Assembly (NCBI GenBank): GCA_002256025.1
Contig: NKIB01012878.1
Coordinates: 1-64,000 of the forward strand
DNA length: 64,000 bases
Direction of reading: 5' to 3'
From: Asterionella formosa
Taxonomy: Eukaryota
The notes beneath the pieces are model-generated. The model was not told where the DNA came from, ran no database searches, and saw only the letters and a list, made by a program, of their open reading frames with translations. A program made the position numbers and the translations under genes. Each line of letters starts with the position of its first letter. Position 1 is the first letter of the stretch. Of this stretch, positions 63,409 to 64,000 are shown piece by piece.

Positions 63409-63900
63409 ACCTGTAAGACAAATAACAAAATGCGTATCAAGCACAGAAAAATTCTGTGCCAGTTATCGTACGATACCCCTGATCTTATATGCACGATGCT
63501 TTTTATTTGCAGATGTATCTGGAGTGGCATTGAAAGCATCAAACACTTATGTGCATTTCATTCCCATAATGAAAGAATTTTGCACATTGATGGATTCCTC
63601 TGCCACCAAACACCGAGCTATACTTTTGCAGAACTTCCTTCTTGACTTGATCACCGCAGAAAAAGTAGAACAGGTCAATAACCTCAAGAAGAAGGAATGT
63701 CCAAAAGGCAAAAGGGTGTCATCTGCACCCCCAACAAACAAAAAACTTAAAACACATAGCAACAAGCATTAAAGAAATAATCAGATTACCTGTAACACAA
63801 ATAACAAAATGCGTTTCATGCTCAGAAAAAATCTGTGCCAGTTATCGTACTACAATAACCCTGATCTTATATGTATGATACTTTTTATTTGCAGACATAT
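63409..63900 (+). repeat. ~105-bp direct repeat, 379 bp apart; the unit resembles an intron
   Basis: ACCTGTAA.ACAAATAACAAAATGCG...CTGATCTTATATG...TTTTTATTTGCAG at ~63409-63512 and ~63788-63894. Confidence 0.8.
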
Positions 63901-64000
63901 GGTCTGCTATGTATGTTTGGCATTCGGCATACATACTTCTAGGTACTACCAGTACTTGCATGTGTGAATGTACTGCTGCCTGTGGTATGGGGATGATGAG

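Overview
Eukaryotic nuclear DNA, most likely a diatom (inferred from short GT-AG introns, a bipartite plastid-targeting motif, and diatom-style ankyrin and LRR genes). Positions ~2.9-48 kb are gene-rich. They encode an ankyrin protein, a TTD14-like P-loop protein, a 2OG-Fe(II) oxygenase, a small zinc finger, an aspartokinase-homoserine dehydrogenase (AK-HSDH), an XMAP215/ch-TOG-like protein with a 339-bp tandem array, GSK3, a REX4-like exonuclease, an LRR membrane protein, a glyoxalase/VOC protein and poly(A) polymerase. Positions ~48-64 kb are AT-rich and decayed, with two diverged copies of a unit made of a Ulp1/C48-like peptidase and a convergent unknown gene. The standout is a circularly permuted tRNA-Cys(GCA) gene at 6699-6782 (-): the 3' half lies upstream of the 5' half, with a 12-nt spacer, a relaxed BHB-like leader/trailer pairing, an upstream TATA-like tract and a T6 terminator. 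Also notable are an apparently catalytically dead HSDH domain and clusters of GGTACC/CCWGG palindromes in intergenic DNA. All assignments were made by eye, with no database searches.
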